DNA of 64,000 nt from Bacteroidales bacterium (lineage in GTDB: Bacteria; Bacteroidota; Bacteroidia; Bacteroidales; WCHB1-69), in contig JAEEQE010000003.1 in the NCBI GenBank assembly GCA_016285145.1, positions 412 through 64,411 of the forward strand. Direction: 5' to 3'. Under the pieces are notes generated by a model that made no database searches, had not been told where the DNA came from, and saw nothing but the letters and a program-made list of their open reading frames with translations. How positions within the stretch are numbered: the first letter of the stretch is position 1; each line of letters opens with the position of its first letter. The translations under genes were made by a program, and so were the position numbers. This document shows positions 10,151 to 21,997 of the stretch, one piece after another.

Positions 10151-12985
10151 CTACTCTAAACTATTAAGCTTTCCTGAAATGGCTTGTGCCGTATAAGAAC
10201 GTTTCCGCTCCACCAACTTTTCAGGTGTACCCTCAAATACAATCTTGCCCCCTTGGTCCCCGCCTTCCGGTCCCATATCGATAATCCAGTCCGCACATTT
10301 GATGATCTCGGCATTATGCTCTATCACCACGATGGTATTATTACGTTCTATCAGACGATTGAAAGCCACGCACAATTTATTTATATCGTGGAAATGAAGA
10401 CCCGTAGTAGGCTCATCAAAGATGAAGAGCTTGTTCTGGTCATCGTCATTGAGCGACAAGTAGTAGGCCAATTTCACACGCTGTGCCTCGCCGCCGGACA
10501 GCGTAGCCGAGGACTGGCCCATTACCAGATAGCCGAGGCCCACATCCTGCAACGGCATCAACTTGCGGATAATGTTAGTGGTCATGTCGTTCACGGGAAG
10601 ACCTTTGAAAAAGTCAATGGCTTCCGAGACCGTCATATTCAGGATGTCGGTGATGGTCTTGTCTTTCAGTTTGATATCCTGGGTCTCTTCCCTGAAGCGG
10701 CTTCCATTGCAAGAGGGACACACCATCTCCACATCCGCCATGAACTGCATGTTGATGCGGATAACACCTTCACCCTCGCACTCCTCACATCGGCCACCAG
10801 CCACATTAAACGAAAAGAAGCTGGGTTTGTAGTTACGCTGCTTGGAAAGAGGCTGACTGGCAAACAGTTCGCGGATATAGTCGTAGGCTTTCACGTAGGT
10901 TACAGGATTGGAGCGGCTGGAGCGTCCGATTGGATTCTGGTCCACAAACACCACATCCGAAATCTTGGTCAGATCGGCATCGATTCTCGAATAACGCCCC
11001 GGCTTCAGGGTTCCCTTGTTGAGCATCTTCAACAGTCCAGGGTACAGCACATTCGCTATCAGACTGCTCTTGCCGGATCCGCTGACTCCCGTGATGACCG
11101 TGAAACACTCCAACGGGATTTTCACATTTATATTTTTCAGATTATGCTCTTTAGCTCCAATGATTTCCACATAATTACGCCAATGTCTCCTCCGTTTTGG
11201 CAGAGGGATATAGCGGCACAGTTCCGGCGGATAACCACCGGTCATCCCGCGCAGATAGGAAGCCGTAAGGTTGTCCGGTTCTTTCATCAAATCATCTATC
11301 GTACCGGAAAAAACCACCTCACCGCCATTCCGTCCCGCTTGAGGTCCGATGTCGATGATACAGTCGGCGGCACGGATGATGGATTCGTCATGTTCCACCA
11401 CCACCACGGTATTACCTATATCGCGCAACCGTCGCAGCACTTGGATAAGATTCTGTGTATCGCGTGGATGCAATCCTATACTAGGCTCATCCAACACATA
11501 GAGGGACCCTACCAGACTACTGCCCAAGGAGGTGGCCAAGTTGATGCGCTGGGCCTCCCCGCCTGACAATGTTGACGTAGAACGGTCCAAGGTAAGATAG
11601 CCGAGGCCCACATCATCCAGCAGCGCCACACGATTGGCGAGTTCCTTCACTAAACGGGAAGCCACCTCGCGCTCATAGTCGCTGCTGTATTTGAACTCTT
11701 GGAAAAAGGTTTTCAATTCCGAGACGGGCATTGCCGTCAGTTCCATGATGGAACGCCCCTTCACCTTCACATAATGCGCATCCTTACGCAGGCGGGTCCC
11801 ATGACAGTCGGGACAAATTTCGCGCCCGCGGTAACGGGCCTGCAACACCCGGTATTGAATTTTGAACGTGTTGGCCGCCACAAACTGGAAAAACTGCGTG
11901 ATTCCCTCCACATGATGTTTTTCATCGCCATACCACAAAAGGTCATACTCCTTTTGGCTCAAATCCTCAATAGCCCTATGGACAGGGAAATCGAGACGGG
12001 AGGCTTGACGGATAAACTGTCGTTTCCACTCGCTAAGTACATCGCCATGCCAGCACGCCACCGCATCTTCAGCCACCGAAAGAGTTTTGTCGGGGAGCAC
12101 CAGATCCGGGTCCACGCCCTCCACCATGCCAGTACCGGAACATGTTTTGCACGCCCCGTACGGATTGTTGAAGCTGAACAGATTGACACTCGGTTCCTCG
12201 AAACTCATTCCATCGGCCTCGAAGAGGTCGCTGAAGGTCTTCTGGGAAACGCTGTCGCCCTCGGTCTGGATGACACACACGCCCTTGCCTTCCGAGAAGG
12301 CTATCTGGATGGAATCCGTCAGACGTGCGATGTTGTCAACTATTTTCTCCGACTTGAAACGGTCCACCAGCACGAACATGCCCGACTCGCGGGTAGCCTT
12401 GCGGCCTTTCAGGAACTCGTCAATATCGTGCAGTTGCCGGTTATAGACCACACGGCTGAAGCCCTGCTGGCTGAGGACGGCGAGTTGTTCCTTCAAAGTG
12501 CGCCCTGACGACAGCACCACAGGGGCGAGCACATACACTTTCCTGCCCTCCGGCACGTTCCGCACGTATGCCAGCACGTCCGACACACGCTCACGCCGCA
12601 CCTCCTTGCCCGATACCGGCGAGATAGTGCGTCCGATACGGGCGAAGAGCAGCTTCAAATATTCATAAATCTCTGTCACCGTGCCCACCGTGGAGCGCGG
12701 GTTGTGCGACATGCTATGCTGCTCGATGGCGATGGCGGGCGGTATGCCTGTAATGGATTGGACTTCGGGTTTGTGCATCCGGCCCATGAACTGGCGGGCG
12801 TAAGAGCTGAGGCTCTCCACATAGCGGCGCTGGCCTTCGGCATACAACGTGTCAAAAGCCAGTGACGACTTGCCCGACCCCGACAAACCGGTGATGACCA
12901 CCAGCTTGTTGCGCGGTATGTCAACATCTATGTTTTTCAGATTGTTGACCTTGGCACCCCGAACTTCAATCATCTTCTGACCCAT
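10151..12985 (-). CDS. uvrA: Excinuclease ABC subunit A
   Basis: Two ABC modules ([26 protein letters not shown] x2) and zinc-finger Cys clusters. The ATG at 12985 overlaps the cdsA stop by 1 nt. Confidence 0.92.
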   Translation of the reverse strand: MGQKMIEVRGAKVNNLKNIDVDIPRNKLVVITGLSGSGKSSLAFDTLYAEGQRRYVESLSSYARQFMGRMHKPEVQSITGIPPAIAIEQHSMSHNPRSTVGTVTEIYEYLKLLFARIGRTISPVSGKEVRRERVSDVLAYVRNVPEGRKVYVLAPVVLSSGRTLKEQLAVLSQQGFSRVVYNRQLHDIDEFLKGRKATRESGMFVLVDRFKSEKIVDNIARLTDSIQIAFSEGKGVCVIQTEGDSVSQKTFSDLFEADGMSFEEPSVNLFSFNNPYGACKTCSGTGMVEGVDPDLVLPDKTLSVAEDAVACWHGDVLSEWKRQFIRQASRLDFPVHRAIEDLSQKEYDLLWYGDEKHHVEGITQFFQFVAANTFKIQYRVLQARYRGREICPDCHGTRLRKDAHYVKVKGRSIMELTAMPVSELKTFFQEFKYSSDYEREVASRLVKELANRVALLDDVGLGYLTLDRSTSTLSGGEAQRINLATSLGSSLVGSLYVLDEPSIGLHPRDTQNLIQVLRRLRDIGNTVVVVEHDESIIRAADCIIDIGPQAGRNGGEVVFSGTIDDLMKEPDNLTASYLRGMTGGYPPELCRYIPLPKRRRHWRNYVEIIGAKEHNLKNINVKIPLECFTVITGVSGSGKSSLIANVLYPGLLKMLNKGTLKPGRYSRIDADLTKISDVVFVDQNPIGRSSRSNPVTYVKAYDYIRELFASQPLSKQRNYKPSFFSFNVAGGRCEECEGEGVIRINMQFMADVEMVCPSCNGSRFREETQDIKLKDKTITDILNMTVSEAIDFFKGLPVNDMTTNIIRKLMPLQDVGLGYLVMGQSSATLSGGEAQRVKLAYYLSLNDDDQNKLFIFDEPTTGLHFHDINKLCVAFNRLIERNNTIVVIEHNAEIIKCADWIIDMGPEGGDQGGKIVFEGTPEKLVERKRSYTAQAISGKLNSLE

Positions 12986-13848
12986 CAACTCAAAATTATA
13001 AAAAGGAACAGCATGGCCGGAATGACGGCCAACAGGATAGAATCAAAACGGTCGAGCATCCCACCATGTCCGGGGATGACATTACCGCTATCTTTCACGC
13101 CGGCGTTCCGCTTGAAGGCGGATTCCAGCAAATCTCCAAAGGTGCCGAACACGACCACGACAGCCGCGAAGCAGACCCATGCCCATATCGGCATGTGGAC
13201 ACGTCCGAAAAAGGGAATGCTGGGAAACACCACCGCCGCTATCACAGAAAACACCAAACCCGTAACCGTCCCCTCCCAAGTCTTCTTGGGGGAAATCCGT
13301 TCGAACATCTTCGTACGACCATATAACGTACCGCCCAGATAGGCGGCTGTATCATTAATCCATATCAAAAGCAAGAACGCCAATGCCATCGGTTTGCACC
13401 AGACGGCAAAAGCGACCATCATCGCCAAGGGGACGACAATCCAGCTGAACCCGAACAATGACTTACCGATCTGCTCCACCGGGCAAGCCCTGCGGCGGAA
13501 GATTTCCGCAATTGAGAGGACGATTGAAAGCAGCATCATCAACAGCGGAATCATAAGGAAGACGGATAACAGGGTTTTCATGCCTGGCGTAAACCAGAAT
13601 GTGCAGGGCTGGAGCATGTAATAGCAGGCCACGGCAAACAAAATAACGCCGAAAGCCATCATAATATAAAGAGCTGGCTTGTCTTCAGGACCGCATGTAA
13701 TCTTCGAGAACTCGTATAATCCGAGGCAGGCCACCACACAGAGGAGAACATCCATCAGCACCGGGTAAAACACGCCGACAATCATCAGGGCCACATACAC
13801 GGCACCCGCCAACGTCCTAACGATCAGATTCTTCAGTTTGGGATTCAT
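12985..13848 (-). CDS. cdsA: Phosphatidate cytidylyltransferase
   Basis: PKKTWEGTVTG and GDLLESAFKRNAGVKDSGNVIPGHGGMLDRFDS signature in a polytopic protein. Confidence 0.9.
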   Translation of the reverse strand: MNPKLKNLIVRTLAGAVYVALMIVGVFYPVLMDVLLCVVACLGLYEFSKITCGPEDKPALYIMMAFGVILFAVACYYMLQPCTFWFTPGMKTLLSVFLMIPLLMMLLSIVLSIAEIFRRRACPVEQIGKSLFGFSWIVVPLAMMVAFAVWCKPMALAFLLLIWINDTAAYLGGTLYGRTKMFERISPKKTWEGTVTGLVFSVIAAVVFPSIPFFGRVHMPIWAWVCFAAVVVVFGTFGDLLESAFKRNAGVKDSGNVIPGHGGMLDRFDSILLAVIPAMLFLFIILS

Positions 13849-14557
13849 GTTGCGTTTCGTTTGAGTTATTCGATTCGGGTTGGGCAGATTCCTGAGGATG
13901 GTTTTCTTCCACCATCATCAGGATAAAACGCGGATTCTGCGGGGTGAACACATCGGCACCATCCGCCTTTTCCGGTTGCGACGGGCAAATGAACTCCGTG
14001 ATAGGGTTCGGAGCGTTGTTATTGCGGGAGAGCTGATACGTCAGGGCATCCTCCATATCCCGGAAGATGCAGCGCTCGCGAGAGACCACGATGATGTCGC
14101 GGGCAAGGTTCCGGACGGAGGGATAGAGCGACACGGAGGGCGTGAAGCCGATGGCACCGGTACGGGCAATCAGCATGTCCGAGAAGAAAAGCGCGGCATC
14201 CACCGTCTCCATGGGGTTCACCGCCGTGACATGGCGCACATGGTGTTTCAGCAGGAACTGACCCAGATTGGGGCTGGTGTTCAACAGCGTACCATATTGC
14301 TGGCCCTGCGCAATCTTGATGAGGCGGGGAATCAGGTTGTCCTTGGTGCAAGGGATATACTTGCCGCCGGCTCCGCGGAAATGGCGGACGAACTCCACCA
14401 ACGGATGCTCCTGCGATGTAACACCCAATCCAGAACTGAGATCCGGCGACATCGTAGGATAGGTTTTCTTGTAGGCCAGTCCGTTACGGATGTTCCGACG
14501 GATATTCTCCTTATCCGTCAGAAGTTGATTTCCCATCGAATTGCTGTTGCTTGCCAT
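13817..14557 (-). CDS. LUD-domain (LutC/YkgG-like) protein
   Basis: C-terminal block ...LIARTGAIGF..S....VRNLARDIIVV...IFRDMEDAL resembles the LUD-domain core. Call is from motif memory only. Confidence 0.5.
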   Translation of the reverse strand: MASNSNSMGNQLLTDKENIRRNIRNGLAYKKTYPTMSPDLSSGLGVTSQEHPLVEFVRHFRGAGGKYIPCTKDNLIPRLIKIAQGQQYGTLLNTSPNLGQFLLKHHVRHVTAVNPMETVDAALFFSDMLIARTGAIGFTPSVSLYPSVRNLARDIIVVSRERCIFRDMEDALTYQLSRNNNAPNPITEFICPSQPEKADGADVFTPQNPRFILMMVEENHPQESAQPESNNSNETQHESQTEESDR

Positions 14558-14560
14558 ATT

Positions 14561-16642
14561 TTATTCGTTATTTTCTGATTCAAATGCGATTGTTGCCGTA
14601 CTATTGTCATCAAAAGAAGGTGTCTCATCCTGAGTCTCAGAGGGTGCATCCTTCTGGAATGGACGCGGTCCCAAGATACGCTCCACATCTTCCGTGAAGA
14701 TGACCTCGCGCTCAATCAGCAGGGAGGCCAGTTCATCCAGTTGATTTTTGTGAGTGGAAAGAATATCTTTGGCACGCTGGTAGCAGGATTCTATCAACGT
14801 ATGGACCTGTTCGTCGATTTCGCGGGCGGTCGCCTCGCTATAGGGTTTGGTAAGACCGTATTCCTGTTGTCCCGTGGAATCATAATAGCTGATATTTCCG
14901 ATTTTTTTATCCAAGCCATAATAAACGACCATGGCATACGCCTGCTTGGAGACGCGCTCCAAGTCGTTGAGGGCGCCGGTGGAGAGTTGTCCGAATACGA
15001 CATCCTCGGCGGCGCGGCCACCCAGGAGAGCCGTCATCTCATCCAGCAGCTGGTCGTAGGTAGTCAGCTGGCGTTCCTCGGGCAGATACCAGGCCGCGCC
15101 GAGGGCCTTGCCGCGCGGCACGATGGTGACCTTGACTAACGGCGAGGCGTAACGCAGCAGCCAGCTCACACAGGCATGGCCGGACTCGTGGTACGCGATG
15201 GCTCTCTTCTCCTCGGGGGTGAAGACACTGCCCCGGCGTTCCAGACCGCCGATGATGCGGTCCACGGCGGCCAGGAAGTCGGCCTTTTCAATATGCGGTT
15301 TGTTATTACGGGCGGCAATCAGGGCCGCTTCATTGCACACATTGGCAATGTCGGCACCAGAAAAACCGGGGGTCTGTTTGGCGAAGAATTCCAAGTCCAC
15401 ATCGGGACCGAGTTTGAGGTTGCGCACATGCACGCCGAAGATGCCGCGACGCTCGTTGAGGTTAGGCAGCTCCACTGTGATCTGGCGGTCAAAACGCCCG
15501 GCGCGCAACAAGGCCCGGTCGAGGATGTCGGCGCGGTTGGTGGCGGCCATGATGATGACACCGGCGTTGGTGGAGAAGCCGTCCATTTCGGTAAGCAACT
15601 GGTTGAGAGTGCTCTCGCGCTCGTCATTGACGCTGGACATAGCGTTCTTGCCGCGGGCACGCCCGATGGCATCAATCTCGTCGATGAAAATGATACACGG
15701 GGCTTTCTCCTTGGCCGTCTTGAAGAGGTCGCGCACGCGGGACGCGCCCACCCCCACAAACATCTCCACAAAGTCGGAGCCCGACAAGGAGAAGAAGGGC
15801 ACCTTGGCCTCGCCGGCAACCGCCTTGGCCAACAGGGTCTTGCCCGTGCCCGGAGGTCCGACGAGAAGCACGCCCTTGGGAATCTTGCCACCCAAGACCG
15901 TGTATTTCTGCGGATTTTTCAGGAAGTCCACCACCTCCTCGATTTCAAATTTGGCACCCTCAAGCCCGGCCACATCCTTGAACGTGACCAACTGGCCCGA
16001 CTTCTCGTCAAATTCCTGCGCCCGCGACTTGCCGATATTGAAGATGCTGCTACCGCCGCCCATGCCACCCCGCATAGTGCGCGTGGAATAGTAGAACAAC
16101 AGTATAATCATCGCCATCGGCAAAATCCAGAAGATGACCTCAAAACCCCAGCTTTTGCTATTGTCCTGTTTGGTGGGGAAGTCATACTCACGGGCCAATT
16201 CATTCGCATTCAACGTGCTGTCCGAGGCCAATGTCTCCTGCACGGCCTGTGATTTCACCTCTTTCAAATTCTCATTGAACACCTGAAGGTCGGTGACGGT
16301 GATGTAGAACTGCGGTCCGTTCACATTGTCCTTGATTTTCTCATAGGCAGGATTGGCCTGCAAGGCCTCCTTTTTCAGGAACACATTGATCTGTTCGTCC
16401 TTACGAACATACTCCACATGTTCGATTTCCTTGTTCCGCACCATCTGGTTGAACGACATGTCGTCAATCTCCACAGGCTGGCCACCGCCCATATTGAACA
16501 TCCAAAAGGAGATCAGGGCGATCCCGACAAGGAGATAAATTGTGGTGAGGAAAGGGAATTTCTGTTTCGGTCCCTTATCTTGACCCATTCCAAACAGGGA
16601 TTTGTTCCCTCCATCATTGCGTGGCGAGTTCTTGATCGGCAT
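14561..16642 (-). CDS. ftsH: ATP-dependent zinc metalloprotease FtsH
   Basis: Walker [19 protein letters not shown], the SRH region and the HESGHA zinc motif. Confidence 0.95.
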   Translation of the reverse strand: MPIKNSPRNDGGNKSLFGMGQDKGPKQKFPFLTTIYLLVGIALISFWMFNMGGGQPVEIDDMSFNQMVRNKEIEHVEYVRKDEQINVFLKKEALQANPAYEKIKDNVNGPQFYITVTDLQVFNENLKEVKSQAVQETLASDSTLNANELAREYDFPTKQDNSKSWGFEVIFWILPMAMIILLFYYSTRTMRGGMGGGSSIFNIGKSRAQEFDEKSGQLVTFKDVAGLEGAKFEIEEVVDFLKNPQKYTVLGGKIPKGVLLVGPPGTGKTLLAKAVAGEAKVPFFSLSGSDFVEMFVGVGASRVRDLFKTAKEKAPCIIFIDEIDAIGRARGKNAMSSVNDERESTLNQLLTEMDGFSTNAGVIIMAATNRADILDRALLRAGRFDRQITVELPNLNERRGIFGVHVRNLKLGPDVDLEFFAKQTPGFSGADIANVCNEAALIAARNNKPHIEKADFLAAVDRIIGGLERRGSVFTPEEKRAIAYHESGHACVSWLLRYASPLVKVTIVPRGKALGAAWYLPEERQLTTYDQLLDEMTALLGGRAAEDVVFGQLSTGALNDLERVSKQAYAMVVYYGLDKKIGNISYYDSTGQQEYGLTKPYSEATAREIDEQVHTLIESCYQRAKDILSTHKNQLDELASLLIEREVIFTEDVERILGPRPFQKDAPSETQDETPSFDDNSTATIAFESENNE

Positions 16643-16661
16643 AGGATTTCAAATTGTGTGG

Positions 16662-17051
16662 TTAGAAACTCTGAACTTCGGCGTCACTCCAAAGCGCCTC
16701 AATGTTGTAATAAGTCCTGGCTTCGGGCTGGAAGATATGCACCAGCACATTGAAATAATCCAGCAGGATCCATTCGCAGTTCTCCAGGCCCTCCACATGC
16801 ACGGGCTTCATGCCAGCCACGCGCTGTGTCTGCTCCTGCACATAATCGCACAACGTTTCCACATGGGGCTTGGAATTTCCCGTGCAGATGATGAAATAAT
16901 CGAAAAACACGTGGTTCAGTTTTTTGAGGTTGATACACTTGATATCTACACCCTGCTTTTCAATAAGTGCCTGAATTATAAGCTCATCAATATTCCCTTC
17001 GTATGGGGTTCCTTCAAATTTGACTTTTTTTCTTACGGTCATTACGTTCAT
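16662..17051 (-). CDS. rsfS: Ribosome silencing factor
   Basis: ...FDYFIICTGNSKPHVETLCDYV...EWILLDYFNVLVHIFQPEARTYYNIEALW. A TACCTTTG box at 17067-17074 (minus strand) rules out the TTG track start, so the ATG at 17051 or 17042 is used. Confidence 0.85.
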   Translation of the reverse strand: MNVMTVRKKVKFEGTPYEGNIDELIIQALIEKQGVDIKCINLKKLNHVFFDYFIICTGNSKPHVETLCDYVQEQTQRVAGMKPVHVEGLENCEWILLDYFNVLVHIFQPEARTYYNIEALWSDAEVQSF

Positions 17052-17086
17052 ATTTATTTTAGCGGGCAAAGGTACAATTTTTTTTA

Positions 17087-17094
17087 TATTTTTG
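17087..17094 (+). promoter_or_regulatory. -7 promoter box TATTTTTG
   Basis: Lies 25 nt upstream of the ATG at 17119. Divergent from the rsfS promoter. Confidence 0.5.
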
Positions 17095-17118
17095 CAGCCC
17101 TAAAAAACACAATCTGAA

Positions 17119-18753
17119 ATGATGAAAAAAGCTCTCTATTTATTGATGGTTTTGTCTTTGGCATGGATAGCCAACGCACAGGAAGATGTGAACAATCTTC
17201 CCTACTCTTTCACCCACAAAGATATCTCCTATTCCATTGACGACAAGGCAATGCCTGCTGTGGACCGCAAGGCGTTGCTCGCGGAAGATGCGCAGAACAT
17301 CAAGAACGGTTCCCCCATGCGTATCGGTATCGTTCACCATGTGGGCTACACTTTTGAGAACTGCGGGCGCACAGACATCCTGCCCAACGGAGGGAAGCTG
17401 TGGCGACTGGGTGTGAAATCGGAAGATGCTATCGCCATGGCCGTCTTGTTCTCCCAATTCAACATTCCGGAAGGAGCCACCCTGCACATCTACAGCGGCG
17501 ACCGCTCCCAAGTGACCGGTCCCTACACCAACGCTGACATCCAGCAAAACGGTATTATGGTTTCCGATGACATTGATGGCGACGAGCTGATCATCGAATA
17601 CCACGAGCCTGCCGGCGTGCCCTATCACGGTTCCATCCTCATTGACCGCATCAGCCACCGTTACCGCGACATCAACAAGCTTGACGAAACAGCTGACGAG
17701 AAATCTCTCTCCGGCAGTTGCCATTATAACGCCAACTGCCCGCAAGGCGACAACTGGCGCGATCAGATCAACTCGGTGGTGCGCATCGAGATCACCAACA
17801 GTGAAGGCACTTTCTTTTGTTCCGGAGCCACCATCAACAACACCCGTTTCGACAAAACACTCTACGTACTCAGTGCCAACCACTGCCTCAGTGATGACAT
17901 GAACAGCACCTTCAAATTCTACTTCAAATATGAAACAACAGCCTGTGATGTGTACGATTACGGCTTCGCCAACCAATGGGTCAAAGGTGGTGTCATCGTT
18001 GCCACCGATGGCATCGACTACAGTTCCGACTTCCTGTTGTTGAAAATCACAGGATCGATGGGAAGAGTCCAGGAGAGCAGTATCTTCTTCGCGGGCTGGG
18101 ATGTCAGCGGTGCCTCCTCAGTGGGTATGGCCATCCATCATCCGGCTGGAGACTTCAAAAAAATCAGCATTCCCAAAGCCGTCACCTCCGCCTACTACAA
18201 CAAATATTGGAATGTGAGCTGGTACACCACCCCCAACAAAGGCTGCACAGAGCAAGGCTCTTCCGGATCGCCGCTGTTCAATGCCAACAAACTCATCATC
18301 GGCGACCTCAGCAACGGGTCTTCGTCCTGTGAAGCTCCTTGGGGCACCGACAACTACGGGAAAATATCCTACTCATGGACCAACAACAACACTTCCAACA
18401 ACTCGAAAAAACTCAAACCATGGTTAGACCCCGACAACACCGGCGTTACTTGGATTCCGGGCATGCGCTATGACGGAACCATCGTGGGCGTGGAGCAGCA
18501 CGATGCCGGCAGCCGCACCTTCAGCATCCTCCCGAACCCCTCAACGGGACAAGTCACCATACAAGGCGATTTCGATGCCGAACACGGTGTTTGCAATGTC
18601 TATAATATGATGGGCGCCAAAGTCGCCTCCTACGATGTGAACCTCGGTTCAACCTTCTCCATGAACTTCAGCAATCTGCCTAACGGCATTTACATGGTAG
18701 AACTTCTGGGAAGCAACCATACATACAAAACAAAAATGGTGATTACCAGATAG
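17119..18753 (+). CDS. Secreted trypsin-like (S1 family) serine endopeptidase with T9SS C-terminal domain
   Basis: Signal peptide, LSANHC (His) and GSSGSPLF (Ser) catalytic contexts. C-terminal FSILPNPSTGQVTIQ...NGIYMVELLG...KMVITR matches a T9SS CTD. Confidence 0.75.
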   Translation: MMKKALYLLMVLSLAWIANAQEDVNNLPYSFTHKDISYSIDDKAMPAVDRKALLAEDAQNIKNGSPMRIGIVHHVGYTFENCGRTDILPNGGKLWRLGVKSEDAIAMAVLFSQFNIPEGATLHIYSGDRSQVTGPYTNADIQQNGIMVSDDIDGDELIIEYHEPAGVPYHGSILIDRISHRYRDINKLDETADEKSLSGSCHYNANCPQGDNWRDQINSVVRIEITNSEGTFFCSGATINNTRFDKTLYVLSANHCLSDDMNSTFKFYFKYETTACDVYDYGFANQWVKGGVIVATDGIDYSSDFLLLKITGSMGRVQESSIFFAGWDVSGASSVGMAIHHPAGDFKKISIPKAVTSAYYNKYWNVSWYTTPNKGCTEQGSSGSPLFNANKLIIGDLSNGSSSCEAPWGTDNYGKISYSWTNNNTSNNSKKLKPWLDPDNTGVTWIPGMRYDGTIVGVEQHDAGSRTFSILPNPSTGQVTIQGDFDAEHGVCNVYNMMGAKVASYDVNLGSTFSMNFSNLPNGIYMVELLGSNHTYKTKMVITR

Positions 18754-18755
18754 TT

Positions 18756-19394
18756 GTGGACAATACGACGCTCCTTTCTACGGCCTATCTCCCGCCCATC
18801 GAATACATCGCCTATCTGATGCGAGGCGGGGTTTGGGTTGACACCCGCGAGCGTTACCACAAGCAGAGCTACCGGAACCGGGCACGCATCCTCACTGGCA
18901 ACGGCGTTCAGACGCTCACCGTGCCCGTGGAACACCGGACCGGCCCGACACCCATCCTCGATGCCCGCATTGACTACAAGATGCCCTGGCAACGCACACA
19001 CTGGCGCACCATCACCTCCGCCTACGGCAACAGTCCCTACCTCCTCTACTACCTCGACCCACTGAAGCCCTTCTACGAGAAACATTTCGAATTCCTGTTC
19101 GATTACAACCTGCAACTGACTGATACAATCCTGCGCCTGATGCGCATCCCGTCGGACTTCCGCCTGACCGATGATGGCACTCCTCCGACATCCTGTGACC
19201 TGCGGGAAACCATCCATCCGAAAAACGCGAACCGGACCGACTACCCATTCCGACTGCAGTCCCCATACTACCAGGTTTTTGAAGACCGTTACGGCTTTGT
19301 CCCGAACCTATCCATCCTCGACCTGCTGTTCAACACCGGCCCTGACGCGACCCGTTATCTGAAAGCACAATTGGACATTTATACCTCCTGCTGA
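18756..19394 (+). CDS. WbqC family protein
   Basis: N-terminus ...STAYLPPIEYIAYL....RERYHKQSYRNRARILTGNGVQTLTVPV is typical of WbqC. GTG start. Confidence 0.7.
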   Translation: MDNTTLLSTAYLPPIEYIAYLMRGGVWVDTRERYHKQSYRNRARILTGNGVQTLTVPVEHRTGPTPILDARIDYKMPWQRTHWRTITSAYGNSPYLLYYLDPLKPFYEKHFEFLFDYNLQLTDTILRLMRIPSDFRLTDDGTPPTSCDLRETIHPKNANRTDYPFRLQSPYYQVFEDRYGFVPNLSILDLLFNTGPDATRYLKAQLDIYTSC

Positions 19395-21268
19395 TGAAAA
19401 AGACGAATCTGAATTTCGGAGAACGCATCATCCATTTGATAAGACAACTGGTGGACAAGTTCACCTATTCCAAAGACTTGTTTGCCGATGATGTGTGGAA
19501 ATTGCGGGTATCGAAGCAGTTCCGGCAGAAGGACAAATACGCGTCCCTGCACAAGAAGCTTTTTGCCTTTTCCTTCAAAGAGACCGATGATTTTTACAAA
19601 TACCTGTTCATCATCGTCATGGCGGTCATGCTCATCAACATGGTGTTCATGAGCCGGACCGTGGGTGTCTCCACCCGCGAACTGGAGCAGAACCATTATT
19701 CCGAACTGGTTTACAACCATTTCCACCACATCGGCGATACGGAAGCATACAAAGAACATCCGTTTTCCTCCACTCAGGCGCAATACATTGACCTGATTCT
19801 CTTCTCATTCTGCAAATCACTGAACACACAGGACATATTTCTGGTCAAGCACATCACCAGTGCCATTTTCGGATGGCTGCTCATCCTGTATCTATCTATT
19901 CTGATTCTGAGGGCTTTCCGCTGGCGCGCGGCGTTTTTCACCGCATTCTTCCTTTTCATATCGCCCCGCTTTCTCGGATACTCTCTCTGCAACGTAGTGG
20001 ATGTGACTTTCGCTTTCGGCTTCATCTTCGCCATCACACAGATCTACTATTTCTGCCGAGAACTGCCCACTATACGCATCTACCGCATCATCAAAATCAT
20101 AATAGGCACATTGATAGCTCTTTCCACCTATAATGCCGGCTTCGTGCTGCTTCATTTCCTGTTTATCTTCACCCTTTTGAACTTCATTTTATACAACCCT
20201 ATAAAGAAATTTTACAAATGGGAATACCTGAAACCGCTTCTGCAATTGATCGGATTAGTGTATGGCATCTCCCTGCTGATCATCTGCACCCATAGTCTCT
20301 GTACGCTATTCCTCACCACATCAATGGTGCCGCCGCGCCAAGCCTTCACCCTTCTGGCGAACAATTACCCGCTGGCCGACAACCAGTTGTTCGCCGGTCA
20401 TGAGATCGGACCTGACAACTTCCCGCGTCGATACCTCATCCAATACCTGTTCATCACCATCCCATCGGTCGTGCTATTGGGATTCCTCCTGTTCTTCATT
20501 TTCATCAAGACGGCCGTCCGGAATCTGAAACCATACTCCATCTTCATATTCCTATACGCTTTCTGCTATTGCATTATGAAGGTGAAGAACCTCTACATGA
20601 ATCCCGACACGGCATGGGCCATCTACTATTTCATCTACCCGCTCTTCATGCTGATTGCCGTCAGCGGCATCGAATGCACACTGGAAAGCATCCAGGACCG
20701 GTACACCAACTTCGTCATCATCGCCATCATCGGACTGCTATCCTTCATGCCTATCCGGCACATCACCTACAACCACCCGCTCACCGCCCTCTATTTCAAC
20801 GAGTTGTCAGGGGGCATCCACAACGCCTACGCCAAATACGAATTGGATTACAACGACCAATGCAACAAAAAGGCGTGCCTTACCATGCAGGAGTATATCC
20901 AACGACAAGAAATCGGGCAGCATCTCAGTCAGGAGCCCATGTTATTGGCCACCAACGGCAACGCGGCTTGCGACCTGTTCTTCCATACTGACAGCAATAT
21001 CGTCCTTGTCAACATGCCCTACCTTGCAAACGACACCACGTGGGACTATTATCTGTACTTTTGCCATGACATTGGCGCCACGCAGCTGCGCAACGGCATG
21101 TGGCCGGTGGACACACCGTTCGCCACCCTCAATATCGAGAACAAACCCATCGTGGCCTTCTACAAAAACGCATACCGCGCGGCACAGCGGGCCTACAACG
21201 ACAGCATTGCCAAAGCCGTCACGGACAGTCTGACCGCGCTGGCCGACATGGAGGGAATCGAAAAATAA
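19394..21268 (+). CDS. Large polytopic membrane protein of unknown function (possibly ArnT/GT39-like glycosyltransferase)
   Basis: About 12 predicted hydrophobic segments plus a C-terminal soluble domain. Start overlaps the WbqC stop (TGATG). Function not recognised. Confidence 0.4.
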   Translation: MKKTNLNFGERIIHLIRQLVDKFTYSKDLFADDVWKLRVSKQFRQKDKYASLHKKLFAFSFKETDDFYKYLFIIVMAVMLINMVFMSRTVGVSTRELEQNHYSELVYNHFHHIGDTEAYKEHPFSSTQAQYIDLILFSFCKSLNTQDIFLVKHITSAIFGWLLILYLSILILRAFRWRAAFFTAFFLFISPRFLGYSLCNVVDVTFAFGFIFAITQIYYFCRELPTIRIYRIIKIIIGTLIALSTYNAGFVLLHFLFIFTLLNFILYNPIKKFYKWEYLKPLLQLIGLVYGISLLIICTHSLCTLFLTTSMVPPRQAFTLLANNYPLADNQLFAGHEIGPDNFPRRYLIQYLFITIPSVVLLGFLLFFIFIKTAVRNLKPYSIFIFLYAFCYCIMKVKNLYMNPDTAWAIYYFIYPLFMLIAVSGIECTLESIQDRYTNFVIIAIIGLLSFMPIRHITYNHPLTALYFNELSGGIHNAYAKYELDYNDQCNKKACLTMQEYIQRQEIGQHLSQEPMLLATNGNAACDLFFHTDSNIVLVNMPYLANDTTWDYYLYFCHDIGATQLRNGMWPVDTPFATLNIENKPIVAFYKNAYRAAQRAYNDSIAKAVTDSLTALADMEGIEK

Positions 21269-21270
21269 TG

Positions 21271-21278
21271 TACTTTTG
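21271..21278 (+). promoter_or_regulatory. -7 promoter box TACTTTTG
   Basis: Lies 48 nt upstream of the ATG at 21326. Confidence 0.5.
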
Positions 21279-21325
21279 CACAAAATTAAACAAATCGAAT
21301 TATATTACTACAAGTATCTCATTAT

Positions 21326-21997
21326 ATGATTGAATACAACACCAAACGGAACAAGCTCGCCATACGGGAGTACGGACGCAACGTCCAGAAGATGGTGGAA
21401 GATGCGATGGCCATCCCGGACCGTGAGAAACGGAACGAAACCGCACGCGCCATCGTGCGCGTCATGGCCCAGCTGAGCGAGGTGAAGGACCCATCCGTTG
21501 CCAACAAGAAGGAATCCCTGGACTATTGGCACAAGCTCTGGGATCATCTCTTCATCATGTCGGACTACAAGTTGGATGTGGACGCCCCGTTCCCCAAGCC
21601 GGTGCCGGATGTGACGGAAAAGAAGGTGGTGAAACCGGACTACAACAAGCATCATATCGCCTTGCGCACGTATGGGCGCAATATGGAGAATATCCTCAAG
21701 GAGGTGGCCAGCTACCCCGCGCCGGAGCGTGACCACATGGTCGCTCAGTTGGCCAACCATCTTAAAATGATGTACCTGACCTACAACCGCGACTCCGTCA
21801 ACGATGCGCTCATCGCCCGTCAGATTTTCGAATTGTCAGGAGAGAAAATCACTGTACCCGAAGACTTTGTCTTCGCCACCACCGGCGAGCTACTGCAAAC
21901 AGCCAACAGCAACATGGCCTTCTATGTCACTCCGGACAAGAAGAAGAAGAAAAAGAAAAAGAAGAAAAAAAAGAAGAAAACACCCATCACTCAATGA
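21326..21997 (+). CDS. DUF4290 domain-containing protein with C-terminal poly-lysine tail
   Basis: MIEYNTKRNKLAIREYGRNVQKMVE... is typical of DUF4290. Ends ...TPDK(K)14TPITQ. Confidence 0.7.
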   Translation: MIEYNTKRNKLAIREYGRNVQKMVEDAMAIPDREKRNETARAIVRVMAQLSEVKDPSVANKKESLDYWHKLWDHLFIMSDYKLDVDAPFPKPVPDVTEKKVVKPDYNKHHIALRTYGRNMENILKEVASYPAPERDHMVAQLANHLKMMYLTYNRDSVNDALIARQIFELSGEKITVPEDFVFATTGELLQTANSNMAFYVTPDKKKKKKKKKKKKKKTPITQ

